A DNA stretch of 63,696 bases, filler included, from Squatina squatina (Eukaryota): assembly GCA_031763465.1 (NCBI GenBank). It is 4 parts of 4 records of this genome, joined end to end, with 100 filler letters (N's around TTAATTAATTAA, not from the genome) between each part and the next. Parts side by side here need not be neighbours in the genome. Positions count along the whole stretch, not along the records: positions 38,465 to 51,108 come from JARFOE010000004.1; positions 51,209 to 63,696 come from JARFOE010000194.1; 2 more parts are not named here. The stretch is one strand, 5' to 3'. The position numbers and the translations under genes are program-made. This document shows, piece after piece, positions 50,091 to 63,461 of this stretch. How positions within the stretch are numbered: the stretch's first letter is position 1; each line of letters opens with the position of its first letter. A model generated the notes under the pieces. That model saw only the letters and a list, made by a program, of their open reading frames with translations, did not search any database and was not told the origin of the DNA.

Positions 50091-50911
50091 TTTATTCTAC
50101 CTTCTCAGTGATTAGTTATTTTCTTTGGATCAAACAAATTAGCATTAAGAACTGCATAAACAACCTAAACCACCTCAGTGTACAGAACTACCCATTCCAA
50201 CCTCTCATTTTGCATTTAAGCTTACATTTAATTGTGTGGAAGATGATCAATTTGAGACAAAGTCAGACTGCATAAAACAAACACCTTGTATGCCTAAGTC
50301 TAGAGACACTAGAAAAACAAAANNNNNNNNNNNNNNNNNNNNNNNNNNNNNNNNNNNNNNNNNNNNNNNNNNNNNNNNNNNNNNNNNNNNNNNNNNNNNN
50401 NNNNNNNNNNNNNNNNNNNNNNAAAAATGCTAGAACTGCATCTTGCCCCAGGACCATTGCACTGCTACCTACATTTACTGCAGGGATTTTATTTTGAGGC
50501 AGGATTCCAAGAGGCATGATCCTAGTGTGACATTTTATCAGAATTTGAACAACGACACTTTTACAATGTGAAACACTCTTTTTGTTTTTACCAGTTAACT
50601 CTCGCTTGACTGTAACCTCTGCTTAAGGAAACAGCCCCTCCCCTCCCCCACCCTGAACCATATTCTACTGCAAGCTTCTTAAATAAATAGGAGTATCAGA
50701 TGACCAGGGTGATGGGTGGTCTTAAGGGCTCCAACCAAAGCTGCACTATGTTTGGACCAGGGAGATAAGAACAAAGTGTTGGCTGGAGTGTGGATTGTGA
50801 TCAGAGATAAACCAGGCAAGTGGGGGGGAGGGGGAGGAGAGAGGGGAAAATCACTGGATTTAAAAGAAAAATCCATAATCAATCTAACCAATTCACTATA
50901 GCCAATGAAAT

Positions 50912-51060
50912 AAAAACAGAACATGCTGGAAATACACAGCAGTAGAGCAGAGGCAAGTATCTGATGACGTTGTGACAAAGGGCCTACACCTGAACGCTGA
51001 TCATTTTTTTCTCTTCAAAAAGCTGGGTATTTTCACCATTTAAAAAATTTTCCTTCACTT
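50912..51060. mobile_element. Penelope-like repeat with inverted arms and a decayed hammerhead
   Basis: Left arm AAAACAGAACATGCTGGAAATACACAGCAG; right side GTGACAAAGGGCCTACACCTGAACGCTG...GCTGGGTATTTTCACCATTT. Confidence 0.5.
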
Positions 51061-51108
51061 CCAGAATTTGCCTTTCTATTGAGCTTGATCCCATGATCTC
51101 TCAAACGC

Positions 51109-51208
51109 NNNNNNNNNNNNNNNNNNNNNNNNNNNNNNNNNNNNNNNNNNNNTTAATTAATTAANNNNNNNNNNNNNNNNNNNNNNNNNNNNNNNNNNNN
51201 NNNNNNNN
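51109..51208. other. Synthetic scaffold-joining linker
   Basis: 44 N + TTAATTAATTAA (51153-51164) + 44 N. Confidence 0.97.
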
Positions 51209-54200
51209 CAGATATTTTCCCCTCAAAATATACAAAATGCCCTCGTTCATTTTCAGTTTAATTAATGGATTTCCATTCTGAGAAGATCAGTCGGAAGCCA
51301 AAGCTGAGGTCGGTAACTGATTGGAAATTAGAACGCATGGCATGTCATCTTTAAAGAGCAAGGTTAATTTGCTCCCTGGATACAATTCTTCCACATCAGA
51401 TGCTTAGATTAATGACTCTTTAATTTCCGTTCTATAATTTTATGATTGATGCAGAGTGTCCTGAAACGGAGTGCACCAAGGATACTATTTCTGCATAAAT
51501 AGGTTGCAGATAATTCACGTTAAATTCAGTGTTAGACCCATAGCACTTCTCCTCCCTTAACTCCACATACTTGAAAATGTTCAGACATTTCCTGCCAATT
51601 AGGTCATTTTGTGTAAAATCATTAAAAATCGGCACAGCAGAACAGCTTTTCTTTTCCTGGTAATTTTGGAAGCCTCTAAATTATAAAATGACAGTTATCA
51701 AAGCTAATATTCTTAGTATTTCTAGCATACTTTTGCTTTTAATTTTAAGTATTTTNNNNNNNNNNNNNNNNNNNNNNNNNNNNNNNNNNNNNNNNNNNNN
51801 NNNNNNNNNNNNNNNNNNNNNNNNNNNNNNNNNNNNNNNNNNNNNNNNNNNNNNNTTCATTGAGGTAGATTTTTTTTATACAATTGACGGCAAATTGGTC
51901 ACTTTCCTTAAAGCTGAGAGATCTCAAGACACCCCCCCCCAATACTGCCAGACTCTGTGTTACCTTGTCTCTCAGTGAGCCAATTCACACTCTTCTCCTT
52001 GTCTGTAATGCGGTGGACCCCCAGTGATAAGAAAAAAATCCTGGAGCCCCCATTATGAAGTCTTTTCTGGTGAAATCTGCCAAATTTTGGAAGGTACAGA
52101 GGCAGCATGAAGAGGAGATTGGGCTGGAAGGCCAACTGTGGTCAGGAATCTTCTTCATCCTCCGCCAGCCAGGAAGTTGACTGCCAGTCACTTGACTGCC
52201 AGTCACTTGACCACCCCACCATATGTAAGTGATGGCAGGGAGATGGGACCTGGGGTGGTTAAGAGGTGGAAACTGGGAACCTAGCTGATTTCTCTTACTA
52301 CTGCTGTCACTGCGAATTCAAGGAACCTCCAGGGAGAAGCCATTGCTGGAAGGAGAGGGCCTAGTCGTAGACATCACGCATCTTGCTTGAACCATGGGTC
52401 CCTCAGCTCAGAGAGAGCCATTTCTGAGAATTTGTAAAATAAAAGGTCGGTGGGGCATTTCTGCCTTATTTAAACCAGGCTTCTTCTCCTCCTTAAGGTG
52501 CCACAGCAGGTGTCCTGAAGCACCACCAAATATTGCTTGGTCGCTGTGGCAGGCTCACTGTGTGGCAGCCTGCCCTATGTAATTAATGAGTTCTAACCCA
52601 GGAAAATGTGATAAGGTTAGTGGAAGACCACCTTCCAGCAGTAAACGCGCCCCGGAGGAAAATTCAGCTCCTCAGTATTTAAGGGGATAGAAGTAGATTA
52701 CGAATCCTTTCTAAGTTAATAGGTTAGGTTTTTTACACTCGTTTTCTGCACTTGTTATATTCCTAATATTAGGGGAATGAAAATTTAGATTTATTCTTTG
52801 TTCATTCCTGTCAGATCATGGAAGAAAATATTGTTTGAATGCCATTGTTGTTTTGCATTCATTATTTTCGTTTAAGTAAATCCTTTAATAGTGTTTTGCT
52901 TCTTTGGTTCATTACGTTGTAAAAAGACTAGCTAGATTTTCTGCCCATTGACTTTGAATGGGCAAAATGGATTAATCAATGCTTTTAAATCAGTTTCACC
53001 TGTTTTAATTGCCATTTGTTCAATTTACTTAAAATGCAGCGGAAAAAAAATTGTTCTTGTATTCTTTCTAGGCTGCAATTTACATTTTTATTGATCTTCT
53101 ACACACGATTCATAGCTTTGACCTTCAGTTACAAGTGGTTTTCACATATTCTCTTTACCGGTAATAGTTCTGTATGGTTGTCATTTTTCAGCTTACAGAA
53201 TTCAAGGCTAAATTGCATATTACTTGTTTCCTACATTTTGTCTTGTTGCATTAGATTACGAGTCAGTTATTTCTAAAACACATCATCTTAAATTCTCTAT
53301 GTGGCACCCTAAACTGTGGAATGTAGACCATAATGAAATTGATACTTTTACTGACCTCAGTCAGGCCTTGTAATTATTTATTGCTCTATATATTACTGTG
53401 CAGACTAAATGTTGTGCTCTTTTGTCATGTGTAAACTTTGCAATGAAGTTGTTTGTTATATGTTTGTAAAACTGCAAAAGAAAAAGAAAATCATTATTCA
53501 GAGATTTTCCACTGGAATTTTTCACTTCAATTTCTGTAATCCAGTCTCAACATTGGTGCACCACCGTTATTCTGGGGATGCTATCCGAAAGGCAAATCTG
53601 TAGATGGACAATTTATTAGCTCCAGGAATCGAGTGTTCATCACAAAGTGACAGCATCGAGTTTAATGGATTGCAAAATAACTTCCAGTTACTTTCCAACA
53701 CCTGGCTAACATTTATTGCGGGGGTGGGGCAAGAAATTGGTTAAGTTTCCAGTGCAGGGGGGTATACTAATGAAAAGGGAATGCAAAAACCAAGTACTAT
53801 AAAGCAGTGTATGTTTAAAGATCACTGCGGTACGATAGCAAAGCCTTTGTCTCATGCATGGAAACGTACTTTACTGTGCAATCTGAGTCAAAGAAGAAAT
53901 GCGGCTTGAAAATCCTTAAACCTGCTTGATCTGCAGGAATGGGGATAGAGTCTACGATAGGTTAAATTGCACTTGTTCACAGTTTCAGCTTTATATTGGG
54001 GGCTGGGGTGGGGGCACTGAATACAACTACTTGAATGGCAAAGTGAATCTCTTTAGCACAGCAGAAACGCAACATTTAAGAGTACAGAATCTTCCCCATT
54101 AAAACGTTACATTTCTTCACATTACGGAAACAAAACAGTAAAATCTTACTGAATTGGTGTTGGATTACTGTGGATTGAAGCTCCATTTGGCTTGAAAATA

Positions 54201-55894
54201 CGAACTACCACTTCAGAATGAACGTTCAGATACAGACTAACCAGCCTAAAAGAGAAAAACTAGCACCCAAATATAAACTTTTACCCTACATCTAAAAATA
54301 GCTACCGTAACACTGTATACGCAGCACAAGGTGGATTAAAACTAATTTAGCACTGTGCTTGTGACCTATAAATAGATAAATGTTCGTGTTCCTTGACTTC
54401 AGCTCTATGTGGTTATGTTATTTCAGAAAAGTAGGGAGAGTAAAAAAAAAGTTTGAAGCAGCAGCAAGTTTTTCAAACGGCTANNNNNNNNNNNNNNNNN
54501 NNNNNNNNNNNNNNNNNNNNNNNNNNNNNNNNNNNNNNNNNNNNNNNNNNNNNNNNNNNNNNNNNNNNNNNNNNNNNNNNNNNTTTCCTACACCAGCCAG
54601 TATGAGCTTGCTGGGTGAAAGTATACCAATTTGATGTTGAATTACACACTATGTTATCATGTAGACTCATGCCCAGCAGGAGCTGAGTTTCGACTAACCG
54701 AGCTGATTTTATTCAGCATATTTCTAAGTTTCAGAGAAAGGAGGTTTTCATCCCACCAGAAAGGGCAAGATTCAAGCTCAAACCTATCGAGCCTTATTCC
54801 TTTGGCGTAACACTCTTTAATTTTGTTTTAAAAATGTAATCTAGTTTAATATTTCTAATTCCTAAAAATAAGTAAACTCTGTAGGGCTGATTTACAAAAT
54901 TACTCTCCTGGCGGGGACTCTTGGCTGTCAAGAGCTCGTATTAGGAATTCAGATGCATGCACAGCATGATTTTCCACCAATTCATCTCAAAATTAATAGG
55001 AAGGAAATAATGGGGAGCACATGTCTGACTCCTGATGTGAGCTCCTAGAAGGTGAAGTCCTCAGCATGAGTTAAAATTTCATAAAATTGTCCCTTGTATG
55101 CCTATCTTGTTCTGTTTGATCAAACATCTCATCCTTAACATTTCCCTGATGTTCACAACTCTGTTCAAGGATAAGTCCAAGAAAAAAGGAACATTTTAAC
55201 TCAGTGTCCCATTCGGCCTCGCCTTGGACATTTTTGACATTTGTCGGACTTTTTAAATGTTTGTCCCAATGTGTTATTTCAGTTCTCAGTGAATTAAAAT
55301 AATTAACTATGACATTTGTTTGGCATTCTTAGGTGCTCGTATTCTGTATTACTCAGATACTACCATAATCAGGAGATGAAAACATACTCTATGTGAATCA
55401 CATTATTTAACTGCATAATTGAGTTCATGCTTTCAAAGTGTTCTCCACACATACAAACTGGATGGTATTGGTGTGTGCAGGAATCAAGAAAGCCTGGTAC
55501 TCTATTAATCAATGGACTACTCACTTGGAAAATTAGAGTTGATTTGAAATTGTATGTTTTGACAATGTGCTGACAAAAATTTCAGCTTTTAAATGTTCAA
55601 TTAGTGTTTCAATCTGAAGTCAGCAGGTGCTTAGAGACCTGCCGGTGGAAATAACATTTTCTGTATCAAGTAATATTTCTTTGAATGCCTGTGTCTCCTA
55701 ATATTTTACAATGGATAATTATATAGTACTAGTCAATCTCCCATGCAATAAGCTGGAGAATATGGTCTCACTCTAACCTGTCTCTGCCACTTCTTTCAAT
55801 CTCTGCTTTTCTGCTTTTGTCTCTTTCTCTTCCCAGTTGCTTGTCCCTATCTTATATTCTTTGTTATTAGCATTGGAAATTAGAAAGAATTGGG

Positions 55895-56015
55895 GTGATC
55901 CTTTTCTCTCCCCCTTCCTTCCCCTCTAATATTCTCCTGTCTTTTCCAGATGGTACTGATCATTTCTGGAGGACAGCTCTATGGGCAACAGGTGCCCTGC
56001 AATACCTCATATCCC
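55895..56015 (-). mobile_element. AmnSINE2-like 3' end
   Basis: Minus strand GAGGTATTGCAGGGCACCTGTTGCCCATAGAGCTGTCCTCCAG...CAGTACCATCTGGAAAAGACAGGAG. Confidence 0.4.
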
Positions 56016-57837
56016 TCTTAAATCTAGCCCTGGTTATTTTGTAAATAAACACTAGCTGTNNNNNNNNNNNNNNNNNNNNNNNNNNNNNNNNNNNNNNNNN
56101 NNNNNNNNNNNNNNNNNNNNNNNNNNNNNNNNNNNNNNNNNNNNNNNNNNNNNNNNNNNAGTAAACAGAAAAACGTATCTATTGTTCCACAGTGATCCCT
56201 CTAAGCACTGCTTGTTAGGCCGTGGTACAGCCAGAAAATCTGAGTAGAGCATGCGCGGTCAGCCTGCACACTTCCGAGTGGGAATTGCGAGATTGCGCTT
56301 GGAAATTGGTCCCCCCATATGAATTTTGTCATCTGGGGGGGTTGGCGATCAATTTCTCCCCCATCTTTTCAGAAAGACAGTGAACCATTTTAGGAAGTTC
56401 AAAGGTTTTTTTGTAAATATATAAATATGCAGCATAAACAATGCTGTTTTGAATGTTTTATTCAGTTATTTTTGGTTTCTGGGTACATTGAAGATTTTCC
56501 TCTGTGTTCTCACAGGGGCCAGAAAGTGCAATATACCTGAAGTATGATTCATCTGCGAGGAGAGAGGTGCCCATGAATATCCTAGCCTAGGTACATTCCT
56601 GGCACAGGCCCATCCCTGGCAGCATCTTGTGCTGGAGTAGGAAGAGAGGTGGAAACAGGAATGTATCTGCTGGGTTGAGAGTATGAAGGGCTTCTGGCTT
56701 CCTTTGCCCAAAGATTGTTGGGGAATGGATTCTTCAGTAAATTTAAAATACCTTCTTTTTAGCCATCTTTGAGCTCACCACAACTCCTGCAGACCATCTA
56801 GTCCATGACGGTCCCAGCACAAGACCATTGCCATATTTCTATGGGTGCCATACTGTTGGGGCACTCCAAGGGCAGTCGAAAGAGAAAAACGAGGCAGGAA
56901 TATCCCCTCCCTTTCTATTCCCATAGTTATGTTGGACCTGCACCCATTATAGGAGCAGGGCCAGTTATGTCAGCTTTGGGAACTCCCTAGAAATCCCAGA
57001 GCTACATTGTGAGGATGCAATGGGTCTCTGCTCCCATTTCCTCTTCCCTGTGGCTGGCACTGGGCATTCTTCAAATAGTAAAGAGGAAAATCCCCCTTTA
57101 ATGTGTTGTCAAGCACACTAATAGTGCACAAAGTGTTTTAATGCAACAACCTAAAGGCAGGAACTGGCTGATGATGGTGGGTGGGTGGGTGGGTTCCTGA
57201 TGGCCCAAAAGGGGCCAAGTGCAGTCAGTATGCTATTTTCCTGGGCTTCCTTTTTTTTAAGGGTGCCTGACCCAGTTTTCCCCTAACCAACACTGCCAGT
57301 TACGAGCAACTCATCCAATACTACCAAACACTGTGCTTCCCAACCAGTGTTTACAGGCCCCTATCTCTAGGATCTCCTTCACAAGCCCCCAGATCATCCA
57401 GTGCTCCCACATGAGTGTTCCCTCATCCAAGGTGTCCTGCTCCCCAATTTCCCAGATGCTGGATCCCTCCCCCTCCCTATTACTCCGGGATCCTGGACCC
57501 AGCTCAGTGCTCCCACTATCCCTCTCTGGTGCTTCTAGACACCAGGGACTCGCTCAGTGCCCTCTGACCCCAGGATCCTGAGATCCAATCCCAGTACTTC
57601 CAGATTCTAGGCTCCATTCCCAGTACTCCTAGATCCCAGAGTGTTAAAGCAGCTCCTGGAGGGCATTAATACTACTTGGGCGAGGGATTCATATTCGCTG
57701 CATCAGTAGTGGCATACAAACCAACGAGTATAATCATGAAAACAAACTGTTGGGCTTGTGCCATTATCTCTGCAGTTCAAGTTAATTGACGTGTGATTAT
57801 TTACCTTTTACATTTATGTATTTTGTAATTCTGTTAG

Positions 57838-57993
57838 CTTGCAGGCCTGGGTTCTACAAAGCTTTTGCTGGAAACATCAAGTGCTCCAAATGTCCTCCAC
57901 ACAGCTTCACCCACGAAGATGCCTCAGAAGTGTGTATATGTGAGAGAAATTACTTCAGGGCAGAAAAAGACCCACCCACCATGGCCTGTACCA
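57838..57993 (+). CDS. EPHA6: EPHA6 exon (156 nt), cysteine-rich/EGF-like region
   Basis: ctgttag|CT TGC AGG...ACCA|gtaagt; encodes CRPGFYKAFAGNIKCSKCPPHSFTHEDASEVCICERNYFRAEKDPPTMACT; FYKAFAGN and FRAEKDPP fit EPHA6. Confidence 0.9.
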
Positions 57994-58104
57994 GTAAGTA
58001 ATTACAGCTATCTGATCCTGTCTTCTAGTGCTACGTGTCTGACTTATTATAGTGGTTCAAGAAATTTTTTGGTGTCTGACAAATAAAAAGAACAAGCTGA
58101 CTTG

Positions 58105-58247
58105 TCAAAGAGTTCAGCGTTGACCTGTGTGTGCTCCTTTGTGCGGCCACCTGCGAGATGCTGCAAATGTCTGCTGCAGATCCCCGGAAGGAGCCTGAGG
58201 TGAAGAAGTTGAGGGCGCTGGTGACTTTGACAGTCATTGGTATGACG
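58105..58247 (-). mobile_element. PIF/Harbinger transposase fragment
   Basis: Minus translation IPMTVKVTSALNFFTSGSFRGSAADICSISQVAAQR matches the HARBI1-family HTH motif AL.F..SGSFQ....D..GISQ. Confidence 0.75.
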
Positions 58248-60299
58248 NNNNNNNNNNNNNNNNNNNNNNNNNNNNNNNNNNNNNNNNNNNNNNNNNNNNN
58301 NNNNNNNNNNNNNNNNNNNNNNNNNNNNNNNNNNNNNNNNNNNNNNNATGTCATTACAGCTTAAAATTTGCATGAAATCACAGTTTAGCTGGAATAATTT
58401 AACAGCAATTAAAAAGCTATTTAATCATTCATCATGCACGAGGGTCCCCTAGAGTGAATCTGCCTGATCTTGAGCAGCTTACAGATATGGAAAACCGAAT
58501 GAAGTGAGACCTTTTCCAGAATTGCTCCTCTAACTGACTGCATTTCTCTGAATCACAGAAGAAGAAAATCATTTCATGTAATGCAAACAAGGAACACAAA
58601 AAGGGGACTAGATTTCAAATAGTGCTTCATCCATATTACTGACAGCTGCGCAATTGGCTCTTGGGCAACACACCGCAAGCTGTAAACACATCAAACAATA
58701 CTTTAAAACTTCAATTTTGTTCCAAGCATGCAACATGTAACTATGGTACAAGCTTTATTGGCTGATGAGTTTTCATTTTTAATTATTCTCATTTAAAATA
58801 GGTTTATTATTTTTCATGGTATAACCTCAGATCTCTTTTTTAATCCATTTGATTTATAATTGATTTCACTCAAAGTAATTACATTCAAGATACTTTATAC
58901 GTCAGGTACTGCTAACTGTTAAATGTGGCACATGTGTCAATTTACACTTTGGCTTTTCCCAGGTGTGGAATAACCCTGTAAGCTGGCTGCCTCTTCCATA
59001 GAGTAAATCACATTATTAGAATTCCTGTAGTCACACAGAAAAGCTTTACTTATAGTTCAATCATGTTCTCCAACAAATTATATGAGTATACACAGTTGGT
59101 ATTCCTTCTTGTGTACACCCATGTATTGATGCACGTCATTTAAGAATTATTGCTTGTGTAGGGGGATCTATTATCTTTGCTAATATTCCAGCTCTTACCA
59201 ATTAATTACACACATACTTTAGTTTTATGCTAAATTTGAAAAATATTCAACAGTATAATAATTGTAGGCTTAGAGCAAGTTAACAAATTGAGTATATGGT
59301 GTGAAGAGGAGTTATCGATGTGAGATTTGTGCTCAGTTGGATTATAAACTCTTGTGAATCTCCACATCCTATTATAGTTTTGTAATTTTCTATCCAAGGA
59401 AACTATTATATTTCGTACATGTCCTTCAGTTGGCTGTTCTGATTGGTTCCTTCTGCTGTTGCCATATTTTATTTTCATGTGGGTTTGTATATGTTACTGA
59501 CCCATGTTCTGACATTCATGTCAGCCAAAAAGAGCTCAATNNNNNNNNNNNNNNNNNNNNNNNNNNNNNNNNNNNNNNNNNNNNNNNNNNNNNNNNNNNN
59601 NNNNNNNNNNNNNNNNNNNNNNNNNNNNNNNNNNNNNNNNAGTGGCTTGTTCATGTGTACTTTCTCTTTCCCTCAAGTCATTGTGTGGCATATGTTCTGT
59701 GGGTCATGTACATGGGTCAGTCACATAATACCTCGGTGACCAGCTTTCTTTCTTGTTGCTTCATGTGCTCGCTCTTAGTCCATCTGTGCCATATGCACTC
59801 TCTCTCCCTTTACGTAGCACTCACATGGGGTGTGCGTGTGTATCTGGGGGACTTGTGCACCATCAGTTGCTCACAATTTTCATCTGTTGCTTGCTTGCAC
59901 ACTCCCTTGCTTGTGATGTATGTAGAAGGTCTGACACACGCACACACTTTCCAGTTCATGTAATGCTGTACGGGTCATGCTCCTTCTCTCGCATTCTTAC
60001 TGTCTACACATGGCTCTTGTGCACAATCACCACAAGCAAGGCACGGTGAATGCAGGAAATACACATGTATCACTGTACATGGCTTTTGCATCACACATTA
60101 GTCATGAGCAAAGCACAGTGAGAGCTCCAACACAACAAACATGCACAGGCAAGGCACAGCCAGCCAGTGAGCAAGAAAGCAAAATACAGTGAAAGGAAGA
60201 CAAACACTGCAAGAGGCAGAGAGAGACAGGAAGGGAAAAAAAGAGAATCAGCAACGAACAAATAAATCATGTTTGTATGACCAACATCACAGGAAGTCA

Positions 60300-62390
60300 A
60301 TTGCAGTTTACTAAAATTTGGGGATGAGCCATCTACAAACTCAACCCTGGAACCATTTTTGTATATCTTTTCTGTACCCTGCGCAAGGCCCTCATCCTTC
60401 ATAAAGTGCGGTGCCCAGAATTGGACACAATTTTAATCATAGAATAGTGCAGCACAGAAGGAGGTCATTCAGCCAATCGAATCTGCGCCAGCTCTTTCGA
60501 AGAGCAATCTAGTTAGTCGCACTCCCCACTCTTGCCCCAGATCCCTGCAATTCTCTCTCCTTCGAGTATTTATCAAATTCCATTTTAAAGGCTACGACTG
60601 AATCTGTATCCACCACTCTCAGGCAGTGCATTCCAAATCCTAACTAAGTTTTTTCTCACGTCACCGCTGGTTCTTTTGCCAATCAATTTAAATCTGTGAC
60701 CTCTGGTTATTGACACTTCCAACATTGGCATCAATTTCTCTTGATTTACTCTATCCAAACCCTCCACGATTTTAAACATCTTCATCAAATCTCCTCTTTG
60801 CTTTCTCTGCTCGAAGGAAAGCAGCTTCTCCAGTCTATCCTCATCCCTGGAGCAATCCTAGTAAATCTCTTCTGTACGCTTTCCAAGCCTTCATGTCTTT
60901 CCTAAAGTGTGCTGCCCAGAATTGGACACAATGCTCTAGTTGGTGCCGAACTAGTGTCTTATACAAGTTTAGCATAACTTCCTAGCTTTTGTACTCTATG
61001 CCTCGATTTATAAAGCCCGGAATCCCATATGCTTCATCAACTGTTTTGTTAACTTGTCCTGCAAGATTTGTGCACAAGCAACCCAAGGTCTCTCTGTTCT
61101 TGTACCTCTTTATATTGTACAATTTAGTGTGTATGGTCTCTCCTCATTCTTCCTACCAAAATGGATCACCTGCATTGAATTCCATCTGCCATGTGTCTAC
61201 CCATACCACCAGCCTATGTCTTATTGTAGTCCATTATTATCTTCCTCACTGTTTACTGCACTTGCAAGTTTTGTGTCATTTGCAAATTTCAAAATTGTGC
61301 CCTGTACCTCCAAGTTCAAGTCATTAATGTACATCAAAAATAGCAGTGGTACAAGTACTGAACCCTTGGGAACGCCACTGTATACCTCCCTCCCGTATGA
61401 AAAACAGCTAATCACTATAACTGTTTTCTATTCTTGAGCCAATTTTGTACCAATGTTACTACCAATGTTCCCACTAGTTTTTTTGGATGTGTGGCCCATT
61501 CAAATTTCCGCATGTGTGTGGTTTTTCCATTGAAAAGCCACTAAGCGGCCTGCGCGGGACCTCCAGACCATATAACGGGAACATGGGTTGCTGCCTCTTT
61601 TATCCCATAGGCTTCAATTTTGCTAACAAAATGTAATACGTGGTACTTTATCAAACGCCTTTTGAAAGTCCATACACAACATAACTGCACTGCACTCTTT
61701 GCACTCATCCACTCTCATCAAAAAAACTCAATCAAGTTACTCAACACGATTTGCCCTCATTAGTCTATGCTTGCCCAAATGGCTGTTAATTTTCTCCCAG
61801 ATTATGGTTTCTGAAAGCTTCCCCACAATCGACATCTGTAATTGCTAGGTTTATCCTACCCACCTTTCCGAACAAGGGTATAACATTTGCAATCCGACAG
61901 TCCTTTGGCACCATCCCGTATCCAAGGAGGATTGGAAGAGTATGGCCAGCAACACTGCAATTGCTACCCTTACTTACCTCAGCAATCTAGGATGCATCCC
62001 ATCCGGACCAGAGGACCTTTATGCTTGAATGCTGTCAACCTTTTAAGTACCTCCTCTTTAACGATTTTTCTCCTATCCTATTTCTCTGCTACCACCTCCC
62101 TTACTGTGAAATTGGCAGCATCCTCTTCGTTCATGAAGACAGATGCAAAATACTCATTTAGTACCTCAGCCATGCACTGTGCTTCCACAAGAAGATCTTT
62201 TTGGTCCCCAATCAGCCCCACCCATCCCTTGACTATCCTTTTACTATTTTAGTGTTTCCTTTTTATTTTACCCGATAATCTATTCTCACACTCTCTTGCC
62301 TCCCTTATTTCCTGATTCAGGTCTTCTCTGCACTTTCTGTATTCAGCTCAGTTCTGTACTGCATTATGAACCTGACATTTATCATAAGCC
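60300..62390 (-). mobile_element. CR1 LINE, about 2 kb 3' portion, plus a short second CR1 piece at its left edge
   Basis: Translations VYSGVPKGSVLVPLLFLMYINDL...KFANDTKL and TRGHRFKL...IWNALPE; tail near 60436; the segment at 60340-60432 duplicates about 60845-60930. Confidence 0.9.
61463..61586. mobile_element. 124-bp hAT-type MITE nested in CR1
   Basis: TIRs CAATGTTCCC / GGGAACATGG (9/10 match); 8-bp flanks GTTACTAC and GTTGCTGC. Confidence 0.7.
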
Positions 62391-63461
62391 TCCTCTTTCA
62401 GTATCATTTTAACCACTATCAGCTAAAAATGTGTTTGCCCCCAAAATTGGATGCAGGGATCACGATGCACAAGCACCCTACGCCCATTCAAAGTAATGCA
62501 GCCAGCACGCTAACTTCGTGCTGCCTGCTGATTGCGGTGTTCCACCCAGCGCTGAATAAGCTGCTGTGTGACTGAACACTCAGCAAGGGACCCAAGTTCG
62601 TGTGAGTCTAGCACCAATTAAAGCTCACCTGTACTTCTTAAAGGCAGTCCGCACCTCTTAAAGGGGGATGTGCATTCGGCCTACAACAACTCATTCAACT
62701 GGCTGGGGAAGAGTTGTAGGAATGTTCTTTTAGGGAGTCCCTCTTATTCCGTTAACGGGCTAGAGTCACCACCTAACCCTACCGGCTACTTCAAGGTTGG
62801 ACACAAGAGAAATAATTACAAGTACAGACTAGTGTTGTTGTACAAGACGTGGTAGTTCCCTTTTACTCNNNNNNNNNNNNNNNNNNNNNNNNNNNNNNNN
62901 NNNNNNNNNNNNNNNNNNNNNNNNNNNNNNNNNNNNNNNNNNNNNNNNNNNNNNNNNNNNNNNNNNNNATTTGGTTTTTTTTGCCAGTTTTGATTGACTT
63001 GGACAGTAGTACAGAACTGTCACATTTCTGCCTAATGTCTGAGATACACAAATCAGGACAGACACTGCAAATGGATCCTTCCACCCAGTCCTTGCAGGTC
63101 CTTTGTGACAGTTTAAACAGCTGTGTTTTGAAGCCATAAAAGTCAATCATGTACTAAAAGTGTTTTGACATTAATGGGTACTTTTGTACGTAGAATTGGT
63201 GATGTCACCTGCAGAAATGGTCAAGTATATAGCATAGTGTCAAGACTCTTTTGGCACTTCAATATTGCAACCTCAGTGTTGTTTACAGGTACAAGATGAC
63301 TTGGTTCTCTCCAACTCTAGATATTATTATACAGCCACAATTCTAAAGCATTCTGAAAGCACAGAGATCTTGGGTAGATTGATTTAAAGTTAGTGAAATT
63401 AACCTGAAACTGACAGAGGTGGAGTAGCTATAACATACTGTTTTATTTTTTATATCCCCAG

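Noticed and set aside
52178-52212. 15-bp tandem duplication TGACTGCCAGTCACT with internal palindrome
   Set aside because: Only two copies; consistent with ordinary slippage
59641-60190. Cys/His-rich ORFs as a zinc-finger or metallothionein-like gene
   Set aside because: Product of TG/CA-rich low-complexity sequence with no regular Cys/His spacing
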